DNA from: a virus
Lineage: Duplodnaviria > Caudoviricetes
Virus record (IMG/VR): IMGVR_UViG_3300012665_000990
Span: 1-64,000 of that record
DNA length: 64,000 nt
Direction: 5' to 3' (one strand)
Under the pieces are notes generated by a model, which had not been told where the DNA came from, ran no database searches, and was given only the letters and a program-made list of their open reading frames with translations. The translations under genes were made by a program, and so were the position numbers. Positions 27,730 through 38,441 of the stretch are shown here, one piece after another. Each line of letters starts with the position of its first letter. The stretch's first letter is position 1.

Positions 27730-30700
27730 ATGACTATTCAATATATTAATGTAGGTACTAATGCTAATGATGGGACAGGAGAAGACCTAAGATCAGCTTT
27801 CTTTAAGGTCAATTCCAACTTTCAATACCTAGCAGGACTAGGTGGAGAAACAAACGCTGGACAGAACATTGGTTCTGGCAGTGGTATATACGCAACTAAA
27901 AGTGGTACATTATTACAATTTAAAAGTTTAGTCGCTGGTGCAGGAGTATCAATAACTCCAGACACTAGCGTTATTACTATTTCCAGTACTGCGGCCCAAC
28001 CAAATACAATTTCAAGAATAGTTGGTAATAGCGGTAGTTGGGACATTACACAGCCTAATTCAACATTACAGATTTTAGGTACCCCCGGTTCAAAAGCAAC
28101 TACATCAGTTAGTGGTAATCAAGTATACATCACTAGTAATTTTTCCATAGTTGAAGATGCAATACCAACCTTAGGTGCTAATTTAGACTTGAACGAGTTT
28201 GATATTGGCAATATTGGTACAGATAGCGATGAACCTACAGTAGGAAATATTAATATTGCTGGCTATATTCTAGCCAACACGTTAACAATTGGGCGTCCTC
28301 TTCCTGGACAACCAAATCCTGGAACAGTAACATTAAATGCTAGTTTAACTGTTGGTGGTGCTACGCAATTATCATCATTAGATGCTACAAGTATAAATGT
28401 GTCAGGCGGTACTTTAACTGCTAGCACCATTACTGCAACTTCAATTAACGCTGCCACAATTGGTAACGTAATAGGATCTAGTAATATATATGGAACATTG
28501 GTTGGTAATATAAACAGTTTGTACGACGATGCTATTGAAGTACTGAATACTGATGGCCCAAATGCTACTTTTACAGGCAATGTAATTGGGTCAATATCAG
28601 GTAACATAACAGGCTCACTTGTTTCTCCTGGCTTAAACTTAAACAACAGTACAATTTCTGGTATTGGTAATATTACCATTACTGGTAATTCTTCTTCGCC
28701 AATTGTTCCGTTTACTGTAGTTTCAAATTATAGATCTCCACCTGCTGATCCAACTTTACCACGTGCGCTTGAAGATGGTCCACTTTCTGCTGTATTTGCA
28801 GTACAACAACAAGATACTTTTGGATTTAACGAAGCAATTAGATTGAGATCATATCAAACAAATGGCACCCAAGGAAAATTTCTTGGCGCAGGTGTAATGT
28901 TTGAATCAATCAATACTATAAACAATAATACAATACCAGATTTAGATCCTGAATATATCTTTCACGGGTTTGTGTCAATGCAAACATATACAGACCCAGA
29001 CTGGAGTGATTTTGTGGTACGAACAAGAACCAATGTACCACTTCAGGAATTTGATGTATTGGTCGCTTCAGGTGATGGAAGAATACATGCCTCAGGTATT
29101 ACTATTAATGCAAATATTATTTCTAATAGGCTGTTAAACTATTCTAATTTCTTTACTAGTAATAACCCAGTTGAGTTAGACTTAATTTTAACTAATTATG
29201 CTTCTGGGAAATATGTTAATTTTTATGATGCTTATAAATTCCCAAAAACTATTGGAAGTCCTGGACAGGTATTAACAGTCCCAGCTCCTGGATCAAATTT
29301 ATTAACATGGACAACACCATCGGGTGGCGGAGGAGGTGGTGGTGGAGCAACATATTTTGTAAACCTATTAGACGTTCCGCAAACATATTTGCCAAGTGAT
29401 GCTGAAAAACTTGTTAGAGTAAACTCAACTTATGACGGTTTAGAATTTGCAAGTAACATTACTGCTACAGTTACGGGATCGTTAGTTGGTAATGCTAGCA
29501 CCGCAACTATATTGGAAACTTCTAGAACTATTAACGGTGTGAGTTTTAATGGTAGTGCAAACATTACCTTTGGAACAGATTCAGTTAGTGAAGGCACAAC
29601 TAATCAATATTATACAGATACTAGATCAAGAAATTCTGTTAGTGTTACTCCAAGTAAAGCATTAACATACACTGCAATCACTGGTGTGTTTGATCTAGCA
29701 GAAAGCACTGCTTCAACAGGCGACACATTAGTTAAACGTGATGCAAGTGGAAAGATTCATGCCCTTACAGTATATACTGACACACTATCTGTTGATGCCG
29801 CATTATCAATAACTGTTGCAAATAACTTAACAGGTAGTTTTGATGTTAATACTAGTGGCGTAGTTAGTGCTACTAATTTTGTAACAACGGGAACGGGTGA
29901 TCCAACAATTGAGAGTGCTGGAAAAATTATTTTAGATCCAGCAACATATATTGATGTAAGTGGCTCTAAAATTAGTAATCTAGCCACACCAACTGCCAAC
30001 ACTGACGCATCCACTAAGGCATACGTAGATACTGCTATTAGCACAGTGGACACAGCCGCAGTTAAAAGTAACATTTACACTGCTGACAGTGGTGGCCCAA
30101 TTACAGTCACAAAAGGTTCTACACTAACAGTTGAAGGTGGCACAAATATTACTACTAGTGCAAGTAGTAATAAAATTACTGTTAATTTAGATTCAACATT
30201 GAGCAATATTAGCATTAGTGGTAATTTGCCAGCAACAGGAAACATTACCAGTAGTGCTGGTTATTTAAAAGCTGGTAATATTAAAATTGATGGCGATGCT
30301 GTAACACAAACACAAACAAGTACTGATTTAAATCTTGTTCCAGGTCTTGGCGGTGCTGTTGCAATTGCAAGTTATTTTAATCTGGTTGGAACAACAATGG
30401 CTGTTACTGGGTATGACACGCTAGTTATTCCAGCTGACAGTACACCAGTACAAGTTGATTTAACAACAAACTTAACTTTTGTACGAACTTTAGATTGGAC
30501 CGGCGGAGTTGGTGGTTTAGCTAATGCACAAATTGGCGCTGGACGAGAAGGACAAATTAAAACAATTATTTTAGAAACACGTGGTGTTTATGGAGATGCT
30601 TTAGATACAAGACCAAGATATCTCGTGTTAAGTGGTAACATTAACGGTGCCAGTCGAGTCGTCAACATTGGAACAGTAGATCCAAACGGATCTGCAACGT

Positions 30701-30747
30701 TCATATATTTGAACTTCTACTGGTGGCGTATTTCGCAGGTAAATTAA
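27730..30747 (+). CDS. Virion fibre protein (1005 aa)
   Basis: Same gp9-like N-terminus NDGTGEDLRSAFFKVNSNF; TSRTINGVSFNGSANI and DASTKAYVD fibre repeats; poly-Gly hinge. Confidence 0.78.
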   Translation: MTIQYINVGTNANDGTGEDLRSAFFKVNSNFQYLAGLGGETNAGQNIGSGSGIYATKSGTLLQFKSLVAGAGVSITPDTSVITISSTAAQPNTISRIVGNSGSWDITQPNSTLQILGTPGSKATTSVSGNQVYITSNFSIVEDAIPTLGANLDLNEFDIGNIGTDSDEPTVGNINIAGYILANTLTIGRPLPGQPNPGTVTLNASLTVGGATQLSSLDATSINVSGGTLTASTITATSINAATIGNVIGSSNIYGTLVGNINSLYDDAIEVLNTDGPNATFTGNVIGSISGNITGSLVSPGLNLNNSTISGIGNITITGNSSSPIVPFTVVSNYRSPPADPTLPRALEDGPLSAVFAVQQQDTFGFNEAIRLRSYQTNGTQGKFLGAGVMFESINTINNNTIPDLDPEYIFHGFVSMQTYTDPDWSDFVVRTRTNVPLQEFDVLVASGDGRIHASGITINANIISNRLLNYSNFFTSNNPVELDLILTNYASGKYVNFYDAYKFPKTIGSPGQVLTVPAPGSNLLTWTTPSGGGGGGGGATYFVNLLDVPQTYLPSDAEKLVRVNSTYDGLEFASNITATVTGSLVGNASTATILETSRTINGVSFNGSANITFGTDSVSEGTTNQYYTDTRSRNSVSVTPSKALTYTAITGVFDLAESTASTGDTLVKRDASGKIHALTVYTDTLSVDAALSITVANNLTGSFDVNTSGVVSATNFVTTGTGDPTIESAGKIILDPATYIDVSGSKISNLATPTANTDASTKAYVDTAISTVDTAAVKSNIYTADSGGPITVTKGSTLTVEGGTNITTSASSNKITVNLDSTLSNISISGNLPATGNITSSAGYLKAGNIKIDGDAVTQTQTSTDLNLVPGLGGAVAIASYFNLVGTTMAVTGYDTLVIPADSTPVQVDLTTNLTFVRTLDWTGGVGGLANAQIGAGREGQIKTIILETRGVYGDALDTRPRYLVLSGNINGASRVVNIGTVDPNGSATFIYLNFYWWRISQVN

Positions 30748-33700
30748 TGATTTTACTAACATCCGTCCTTAGACCAGCTTGGCAAACACCAAAAGGAGAC
30801 TTAGGCAGTTTTGCACAAAGCATTGCAATAGCACCTATTTCGCTAACTGCAACTAACACTTCAAGATATGAAATATTATCAGGTAGTTTACCAACGGGAT
30901 TAAAACTTAATAAAGATTCGGGAAGAATTGAAGGCACACCTATTGATATTAATATCAGTAGAACTTATGAGTTTGTTGTTAGGGCTAGCAACTTTTCAGG
31001 CATTGGTGGCGCCAAAGTAGTTCAAGACAGAACATTCACTATAACAATATTGAGTGGTGTTGCCCCAGTATTGTTAACTCCTGAAGGATATTTGAATATT
31101 GGTTATAATAATGAAAATTATGTACTTAATGATAGTACAATTAATTTCCAATTTCAAGCATCAGCAACCAGTATACCAGTAGGTCAAAAATTAAAATTTT
31201 ATGTAGAAGAAGGTACTAGTAACTTACCTCCTGGATTAAAATTAAGTAGTAGTGGATTATTATATGGCACTATCAAAGACGATTTAGAATTAGATTATAA
31301 AATTGTCAATGGTGCATATGATAAAGATTATTATGATATGAACCCATATGATTATGGGGCAATAGTTGAACCTGCTACAGCAATTACAGAAGTCACTAAC
31401 GGACAAATTAGTAATATAACACTAACTGCTAGTGGTTATGGATATCTCCTAAATCCAGAAATAATTATTGGTGGAAGCGTAGATGCTGTAAGTGTTATTA
31501 CATCGGGACTAAACTATACAGTTGCTCCAGAAATTATTTTTAGTCCAAGTCCAGTTGCTGGCGGAAGAACTGCCAAAGGATATGCAGTACTTGGTGATAT
31601 CTTTGGAGCCAATGGCACGACACAGACAACAATAATTGATGGTGAATATAGTTCTAATATTGCAGACCAAACAATTGACGGTGGCACTGCATTTAGTACA
31701 GCAGATGATTTTGTAGATGGCGGTGCCGGAAATGTTATCATTTATAACGTCACTGGAAAAGGTGTTGTAGAAATTGTAGTAACTGACCCAGGAACAGGCT
31801 ACACATCTCCACCAACTGTTTATATTAAAGAAAAAGATGGCGGTGCTGGTGCAACAGCTGACTGCTTGCTAATATCTGGCAGTGGTGCTGTTATTACTGC
31901 GCATGTCACAAACGGTAATGTTGTAGAATTAGAAATCGTAAATCCAGGAGCAAATTACGATATACCCCCATTGATTAGTTTTGGATTACCAACTGTCGGA
32001 CCAAAAATTCTAAGCAAAACATATCGTTTTAGTGTAACCGTAAGCAATGGCGAGTTGACTGACACTAAGACATATTCTATTATTGTTAACAGTGAAGATT
32101 CTTTAAGAGCTGACACTACATTTATTAGTTCTGACAGCGTTGAATATGATTCAAGCAGTACATACGTACAAGCACCAATTTGGATTACTGGCAGTGTATT
32201 GCCAACAGTCAAAGGTAATAATAATATAACAATTGATTTGGACATATTTGATCCAACACCAGACGTTGGCGAGATAGAATTTACTCTAATGCCAACTAAT
32301 TTTGACGGAAGTTTAAGTCAGTTTGGTCCAATTGATATTAATTCAACATTAGAAGCACCATATAATAGATTCTTAACATTGGATCCAATTGGTGGAGAAA
32401 TAAGTGGACTGGTTCCTTATCAACCAGCAGTTACTAAAGACTATGTATTCACTGTTAAGTGTGCAAGAATTATTGATGGTGAAGAAGCAGTAACCACCTT
32501 TAAACAATTCTTAATGACAGTTGAAGGAAATATTCAAAGTAAGATATCATACATTACTGACCAAATTGTTGGAACACTGACACCAAACGAACAAAGTTTG
32601 TTAAAAATTGTAGCTAGCAGTTCACTACCAAGTGCAAGTGTTAACTATCAACTAATACCTGGCTATGGCACAACTAAAAAACAAGATTATGTTGAACTTA
32701 CCCTAAGTGAAAGAAATGGTCGTGTATATGTTGAAGGCTATGGAATTTCTCCAACACTAATTTTAGAAAAAGGTCAAGCATATAAGATCAACGTTAGTTT
32801 AATCAACTTTTCGGCTAGTTTTAGAACATTAAATGATGATTATTATAGTCTTGGTTTACGACATAGTGATAATACTATTGGCAACGCCGCACAAGAAAAG
32901 AACACTGGATATTTTATTTTTAATGTACCATTTGATGAGTCAGAAAAAATAAAATTACATTATTCTAATACTAAAAAAGATGGGTTGTTTGTAATATTAA
33001 ACAAATATGACGAAATAACAAACGCTTGGGAAAGACAAGAATTTAAATCGTTCTTCAATGACTACGATGCAACTACTTACTATGAAGGTAATGAAGCCTA
33101 TGCATATTTCTTAACAGGCAATAAAATACAATTTACTACTAAGAAGTATAATACAGTCACACGTTCTTGGGAAATAATTAATATTCCTACACAAAAATCT
33201 TTAATCCCTATTCAAGGTGATTTGTGGTTAGATTTAGAAAATAGTAATTTTGGTGTATTAGAGTATAGATACATAGTTGGTACAACCAGTGCGGCATGGT
33301 TTTCTGTTCAACCACCAGTGGTAACAATAGTTCCTGATAATTCAGTTGGCACAAACGGTAGTTATGTTGCAGTTAATGATATTAACGGTGTTTATGATAT
33401 CTATAGACGTATAAACGGTCAATGGAAAATACTTGAAGTTTTAAAATACAATGTTAAATCAACATTTGATCCAAATATTTTCTTTAAACCACATATTAAG
33501 TCTGAACCAATTACTAATTTGGAATATGACATATGGTGGAAGTATACAACCCCATATGATGGATTTGATGACGAGACTTTAATTACTATTAGAGAATTAG
33601 GTAATATTCCAAGTGAAATAAGTCTTTCTTTAGATGGTGAGATTGTTGGTAAAATAAGTCCAGGAAATACTTATGTTTATAGAAGTATATACAAGGGTAG

Positions 33701-34922
33701 CACACAGTACACATTAAATGATGTAATAACATTTAATGACGATTTGTATGTGTGTATTAACCAACACGTAACTTCTGGATTATGGTTAACAGATAGAGAT
33801 AACTGGAGTTTATTCACATTCCCTAAAAAAATTACAACGTCTATAGATCAAAACAAATATGGTTCAAATAGTTGGACGTTAGATGCCAATGAAACTACGA
33901 TAGATGGAAAAATTAGATTTAGAGTACGTGCTAAAGATAGTCAAAACGTAAGTTATGCTGATAAAGATTTTGATATCATTTATAACAATAATACCAACAA
34001 GACTCTAACAAACATATACTTACAACCATTCCTAGCTAAAACTTCTAGGGATTTGTATTTTAACTTTATTACTGATCCAAATATTTTTATTAACGACTAT
34101 CTATATCGTTCAAATGATACAAGTTTTGGTGTACAAAGAACTCCTAAAATGTTATTGTTAGGCGGGATCGAAAGTACACTTGCGGAAAGATATGCATCAG
34201 CAGTTGTTAAAAACTATTATGATAGACCATTATATTTTGGAGATATCAAAACTGCTGTTGCTAAGACACCAGATGGAACAACGGAATACGAAATAGTTTA
34301 CGTTGAAATAGTTGATCCTTATGAAATTAACGGCATCAGTGTAAGCGAGCAAATTAAATTACCATTTAATTACGATATACTATCAACTGACTATAGTAAA
34401 ATTAGAGTTGACGAATCAACTATGGTAAATGATTTAAGTAAAAATCCAATAGGGTTAGATACTATATTTCCAAGTAGTATCACACTGATGCAAAAAGAGT
34501 TAGAAAATGTAACTTTAGAAAGAGTTGGATCATTTGCGGCGGTTCCACAAGCAAACATTGAGGATTGGGGTGGAATTTTAGACGTAGCATCGTCTGATGA
34601 CGACTGGGGTCAAGTTGCTGAACGTGTGTTTATAATTGATGATTTCTTACTAGTTATTGAAGCATTAACAAAAGATAACAAGTTTAGACCACTATGGATG
34701 AATACTAGTCAAGACGGTTCAGGAGTTCCTGTTGGATTCACAAAAGCAGTTCCAATTTGCTATGTGAAACCTGGTTATAGTGATAGAATCGTAAGTATTA
34801 TTAAGAAATCGGGGTTCGATTTCAAACAGTTAAACTTCACAATTGATAGAATTATAATTCAAAATCCACAGGGAGTTACTGGTGATAAATATATTAAGTT
34901 TACTAACAGAGAAATTATATGA
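30747..34922 (+). CDS. Baseplate wedge-like structural protein with Ig-like repeats
   Basis: LPTGLKL..SG.I.GTP cadherin/Ig-like repeats; GxGYTxPP repeats; large size; structural cluster. Confidence 0.65.
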   Translation: MILLTSVLRPAWQTPKGDLGSFAQSIAIAPISLTATNTSRYEILSGSLPTGLKLNKDSGRIEGTPIDINISRTYEFVVRASNFSGIGGAKVVQDRTFTITILSGVAPVLLTPEGYLNIGYNNENYVLNDSTINFQFQASATSIPVGQKLKFYVEEGTSNLPPGLKLSSSGLLYGTIKDDLELDYKIVNGAYDKDYYDMNPYDYGAIVEPATAITEVTNGQISNITLTASGYGYLLNPEIIIGGSVDAVSVITSGLNYTVAPEIIFSPSPVAGGRTAKGYAVLGDIFGANGTTQTTIIDGEYSSNIADQTIDGGTAFSTADDFVDGGAGNVIIYNVTGKGVVEIVVTDPGTGYTSPPTVYIKEKDGGAGATADCLLISGSGAVITAHVTNGNVVELEIVNPGANYDIPPLISFGLPTVGPKILSKTYRFSVTVSNGELTDTKTYSIIVNSEDSLRADTTFISSDSVEYDSSSTYVQAPIWITGSVLPTVKGNNNITIDLDIFDPTPDVGEIEFTLMPTNFDGSLSQFGPIDINSTLEAPYNRFLTLDPIGGEISGLVPYQPAVTKDYVFTVKCARIIDGEEAVTTFKQFLMTVEGNIQSKISYITDQIVGTLTPNEQSLLKIVASSSLPSASVNYQLIPGYGTTKKQDYVELTLSERNGRVYVEGYGISPTLILEKGQAYKINVSLINFSASFRTLNDDYYSLGLRHSDNTIGNAAQEKNTGYFIFNVPFDESEKIKLHYSNTKKDGLFVILNKYDEITNAWERQEFKSFFNDYDATTYYEGNEAYAYFLTGNKIQFTTKKYNTVTRSWEIINIPTQKSLIPIQGDLWLDLENSNFGVLEYRYIVGTTSAAWFSVQPPVVTIVPDNSVGTNGSYVAVNDINGVYDIYRRINGQWKILEVLKYNVKSTFDPNIFFKPHIKSEPITNLEYDIWWKYTTPYDGFDDETLITIRELGNIPSEISLSLDGEIVGKISPGNTYVYRSIYKGSTQYTLNDVITFNDDLYVCINQHVTSGLWLTDRDNWSLFTFPKKITTSIDQNKYGSNSWTLDANETTIDGKIRFRVRAKDSQNVSYADKDFDIIYNNNTNKTLTNIYLQPFLAKTSRDLYFNFITDPNIFINDYLYRSNDTSFGVQRTPKMLLLGGIESTLAERYASAVVKNYYDRPLYFGDIKTAVAKTPDGTTEYEIVYVEIVDPYEINGISVSEQIKLPFNYDILSTDYSKIRVDESTMVNDLSKNPIGLDTIFPSSITLMQKELENVTLERVGSFAAVPQANIEDWGGILDVASSDDDWGQVAERVFIIDDFLLVIEALTKDNKFRPLWMNTSQDGSGVPVGFTKAVPICYVKPGYSDRIVSIIKKSGFDFKQLNFTIDRIIIQNPQGVTGDKYIKFTNREII

Positions 34923-35521
34923 CAACAAGTGCAATCAATTACAGTACAATTAACATCAACTTTCCCGCGGCCGGGCAAGACAATGACTCACAGGGTTTTA
35001 GAGATAATTTTGCCCTAATCAAATCTGCATTAGGTACAGCTCAAACTGAGATTACATATCTAAATACCTATGCGATTGATAAAACTAAAAATAATGATTT
35101 AGGCAGTAATACACTGAGCAATGTATTGCTCAAAGGATCAAGTACTACTAGTCTCACAGCATTAACTTCTGCAGGTACAACTAACGTTATTACATTTGCA
35201 GAAGCACATTATAGACGTTATGCTCTATCAAATGCTGTTAGCACTTTCCAAGTTGACTATTGGCCATTAAGCAGTAATGGTGAAATTATTTTAGAATTGA
35301 GTACTACAGTTACTAGTAAACAGGCGCAGTTCCAAGTTGGCGTTATAAACAGCGCATTAGGCACAGTAACTCAAAAAATGTACTTGGGCAATCAAGGTTT
35401 TGGTAGCAACAATTATATTACTGTTTCCCCAACCACAATTACTGTAGTCAAAATTAGTAGTCCAGATGGCGGTGTAACTACATTCGTTCGTGTAATTGAC
35501 ACATTTAAATTACAAGCATAA
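34919..35521 (+). CDS. Probable virion structural protein
   Basis: FPAAGQDNDSQGFRDNF N-terminus; coupled to the structural operon. Confidence 0.6.
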   Translation: MTTSAINYSTININFPAAGQDNDSQGFRDNFALIKSALGTAQTEITYLNTYAIDKTKNNDLGSNTLSNVLLKGSSTTSLTALTSAGTTNVITFAEAHYRRYALSNAVSTFQVDYWPLSSNGEIILELSTTVTSKQAQFQVGVINSALGTVTQKMYLGNQGFGSNNYITVSPTTITVVKISSPDGGVTTFVRVIDTFKLQA

Positions 35522-35760
35522 TGTTTCATCCTTTACAGCCAGATTTAACCACATTGTCTGAGCAAGAGCTTGAAGACAAAATAAGAGATTTGACTAAAAA
35601 ATATTTCTCAGCAATGAGAATGAGTCCACAAGCCGCAGGTCAAGTAGTAATGTTGCTTGACGGCTATAAAGATGAAAAATTCAAAAGAGAACAAAAACGA
35701 TTAGACGATGTAAAATCCAATTACAATAGTGATTTGGATGGACTAATCAATATCGGTTGA
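35521..35760 (+). CDS. Hypothetical protein
   Basis: Coupled ORF. Confidence 0.6.
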   Translation: MFHPLQPDLTTLSEQELEDKIRDLTKKYFSAMRMSPQAAGQVVMLLDGYKDEKFKREQKRLDDVKSNYNSDLDGLINIG

Positions 35761-35785
35761 CAGTCCGTTAAATACCTGTTATATT
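35757..35785 (+). promoter_or_regulatory. sigma70-type promoter
   Basis: TTGACA-17nt-TATATT. Confidence 0.6.
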
Positions 35786-35791
35786 AACTTA

Positions 35792-36307
35792 ATGCGAGTT
35801 AATGAATACGGTCAAATTCTTAGAACAGAACAAGAAGTAATTGACCTACTATATCAAAATCCCGAGCTAGACATCAAATCTATCAACGTTGATGCCCAGT
35901 CTGTTGATAGGTTCAACCTGTCTGCAAACTTATGTGAAGTAGATGCGTGTCTAAAGCATTTAGAATCCATAACGGATAATATTGCAGAATTTGATAGGAA
36001 AAATCAACAAGATTGGTTTGTGCCTGCAGAATATAAAAATTTTAAAATCGTAGAATTTTTATTAGATAAAACTGAAAATGAAGAACAATACAGCAGAGTA
36101 GTACAAGAACTTGACTTGTACGTTCAATATGACATGTTTGACCTATTGATATATCTTAAATATCTAGTAGATACATTAAGGTCCCAAAATATTGTTTGGG
36201 GAGTAGGACGTGGAAGTAGTGTAGCCAGTTATTGCTTATATCTAATTGGAGTCCACAAAGTTAACAGTATGCAATATAATTTAGACATACATGAGTTTTT
36301 AAAATAA
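35792..36307 (+). CDS. DNA polymerase III alpha (DnaE)-like N-terminal fragment
   Basis: RVVQEL..YL.YL...GVGRGSSVASYCLYLIGVHKVNSMQYNLDIHEFL matches the DnaE GRGS region; ends before the catalytic D-x-D. Confidence 0.8.
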   Translation: MRVNEYGQILRTEQEVIDLLYQNPELDIKSINVDAQSVDRFNLSANLCEVDACLKHLESITDNIAEFDRKNQQDWFVPAEYKNFKIVEFLLDKTENEEQYSRVVQELDLYVQYDMFDLLIYLKYLVDTLRSQNIVWGVGRGSSVASYCLYLIGVHKVNSMQYNLDIHEFLK

Positions 36308-36328
36308 GTAAACGTCTAGGAGACAAAA

Positions 36329-36640
36329 ATGGCAGAAAGAAAAATATACAAAACAATGCAAGGCAAAGTAATTGACTTTGATGCGTTGCGTGTAGCAAAT
36401 GAGTTAGTCCCTGCTGTGGGCAATATGAAAGTAAATGCTCGCGGTGATGAAATTGGTCCAGGAGGCACAGTGGTGCGTTCAGGTAGCACTATTTCTGAAG
36501 AGAGAATTAAAACTGAAAGCGCATCTATTACACAAGTAGATACTTTTGAAGAGGATTTTGGTCCTGAACCTGAAATCAGTCCAGAAGAAGCGCAGAAGAT
36601 TTTAAACAGAAATCGTAAAACTAAACCACAAGAGGAATAA
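36329..36640 (+). CDS. Hypothetical protein
   Basis: SD AGGAG; AVGNMKVNARGDEIGPGG segment. Confidence 0.7.
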   Translation: MAERKIYKTMQGKVIDFDALRVANELVPAVGNMKVNARGDEIGPGGTVVRSGSTISEERIKTESASITQVDTFEEDFGPEPEISPEEAQKILNRNRKTKPQEE

Positions 36641-36641
36641 A

Positions 36642-37031
36642 ATGGCCGCAGTAAAAGGCACGTTACGTCCATTACATGACAAAGTTATTGTAACGGACAT
36701 GAACTTTGATATGGAAAAAACTGCATCTGGTATTTTGTTACATAGTGATGACGGTAAAAGTAGCGGCTTACACCCACGTTGGGCCCGTGTATTATTTGTT
36801 GGTAATGAACAGCTAGATGTTAAACCCGGACAGTGGGTGTTAATGCAACATGGACGTTGGACCAGAGCACACAAGTATGAAGATCCAGATGGTAATGAAA
36901 TGGCTATTCATATGATTGATAACAACGGCATATTGGGAGTACAAGACGATAAGCCAGATGAAGACGGTACTCGTATGAGCATCGGTGCAATGCCATTTAA
37001 CATTCCAGGGGCAGGAGGAAATAACCCATGA
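36642..37031 (+). CDS. GroES/Cpn10-like co-chaperonin
   Basis: LRPLHDKVIV, KTASGILL, VLFVG, VKPGQ.V; analogous to T4 gp31. Confidence 0.8.
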   Translation: MAAVKGTLRPLHDKVIVTDMNFDMEKTASGILLHSDDGKSSGLHPRWARVLFVGNEQLDVKPGQWVLMQHGRWTRAHKYEDPDGNEMAIHMIDNNGILGVQDDKPDEDGTRMSIGAMPFNIPGAGGNNP

Positions 37032-37387
37032 CAAATCCTTTTAGAGATCAAGAAAAGTTTATGCGAGCTTGTGATCAAAGTGTTGATAAATTTGACGAAT
37101 CACAATACGCAATGTATAAGAGTTTAATTGAAGAAGAATTCAAAGAGCTACAAGAAGCTCACGACATGGAAGCAGAATTAGATGCACTAATTGATATTCT
37201 AGTTGTTACTATTGGTGCAATACATAGTGCAGGCTTTGATGCAGAAGGTGCTTGGAAAGAAGTTATGCGTACCAACTTTGCTAAAGTTGATCACGAAACA
37301 GGCAAAGTTCGTAAACGTGAAGACGGTAAGGTATTGAAACCCATAGGGTGGATGCCACCGGAGTTAAGTAAGTTTTTAACCAAATAA
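37028..37387 (+). CDS. MazG-like/PRA-PH nucleoside triphosphate pyrophosphohydrolase
   Basis: LIEEEFKEL, ELDALIDILVV, EVMRTNFAK, REDGKVLKP. Confidence 0.85.
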   Translation: MTNPFRDQEKFMRACDQSVDKFDESQYAMYKSLIEEEFKELQEAHDMEAELDALIDILVVTIGAIHSAGFDAEGAWKEVMRTNFAKVDHETGKVRKREDGKVLKPIGWMPPELSKFLTK

Positions 37388-37391
37388 ACTC

Positions 37392-37430
37392 AAAGGGACT
37401 TGACAGTCCCTTTTCTTAACTGTATAATAT
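37392..37430 (+). terminator. Terminator hairpin whose apex carries the -35 of the next promoter
   Basis: AAAGGGACT-TGAC-AGTCCCTTTT; TTGACA 37400-37405; TATATAAT 37423-37430. Confidence 0.7.
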
Positions 37431-37464
37431 GTTTATAAAACTCGTAGATAAGTTTGGGGGAATA

Positions 37465-37836
37465 ATGGTTAATAAAGACTTAGAAAAAGAAATAGCATTA
37501 GCAGAAGATTTACAAGAAAAACTTAAAGATATTGAAAATCCTAGTATTATTAAGCGCACACGAAAAAAAGTTTCACAAGATGTAGCAAGCCCACGTGATG
37601 CTGAAGTTGACAAAAGCATTGGTGAAATGGGTGATATGAAACAGAGATTGGATAATATTGCTAACGTTTCAGAAGCCACAGCATATCCAGATGCCAAAAA
37701 ACATCAGCACATTAGCTTTGTAAAGAGCTTTTTTAGAATACTTGCAGGTACTGTTTTATTCTTTGGTCATTTTGAAATTGCAGGTGTACTTTTAATTGTA
37801 GCAGAACTACTTGGAATTTATGAGGAAATGGTTTAA
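37465..37836 (+). CDS. Hypothetical protein with C-terminal TM hairpin
   Basis: C-terminal HISFVKSFFRILAG..VAELLGIYEEMV. Confidence 0.6.
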   Translation: MVNKDLEKEIALAEDLQEKLKDIENPSIIKRTRKKVSQDVASPRDAEVDKSIGEMGDMKQRLDNIANVSEATAYPDAKKHQHISFVKSFFRILAGTVLFFGHFEIAGVLLIVAELLGIYEEMV

Positions 37837-38441
37837 TGAATGTGCTGTCATTGTTTCCTACAGCAGTTAGTAGAACTAACATTGCTAGGCCATTGACATC
37901 TATTGAATATGCTGTTTTTAAAAATATATCTGTAAGGGCGAATGTAGGCAATGTTACTAGTGAAAATAGTATGATACTAGATTTGCCAGAATTAAAAGAT
38001 ATAAAACAATTTATAATTGATAATGTGAATGAATACTTTGAAAAAGTAATCTCACCAAATGATAATGTCGTTCCGTATATTACAATGAGTTGGGCAAATA
38101 TAACTAATACGCAAGGTTATCATCATAGACATGTTCATAAAAATAGTATTATAAGTGGAGTTTTTTATCCTAATGCTGATGAAGATTCTGACTCAATTAT
38201 GTTTTATAAACCAAGTTATAAATCAGTCGCTTTTACTATAAAGAATTGGAATGTTTGGAATAGTGAATCATGGGAGATACCAACTGGTACAGGTGATTTA
38301 TTAATATTTCCTTCAGACTTAGAACATGAAGTCAAACCTGTAAAAAAGATAGATCATGAAAGAATAAGTTTATCTTTCAACGTTTTTGTTAAAGGATCAC
38401 TTGGGGCAGGAATTACTTTAGATTATGTGGAGATTAGGTAA
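37836..38441 (+). CDS. Putative 2OG-Fe(II) oxygenase (TIGR02466-like)
   Basis: HxH (HVHKNS), ISGVFY, LIFPSDLEHEV, RISLSFN. Confidence 0.82.
   Translation: MNVLSLFPTAVSRTNIARPLTSIEYAVFKNISVRANVGNVTSENSMILDLPELKDIKQFIIDNVNEYFEKVISPNDNVVPYITMSWANITNTQGYHHRHVHKNSIISGVFYPNADEDSDSIMFYKPSYKSVAFTIKNWNVWNSESWEIPTGTGDLLIFPSDLEHEVKPVKKIDHERISLSFNVFVKGSLGAGITLDYVEIR

Noticed and set aside
29323-29346. GGN repeat tract
   Set aside because: It encodes an ordinary poly-Gly hinge in a fibre protein; not a contingency locus.
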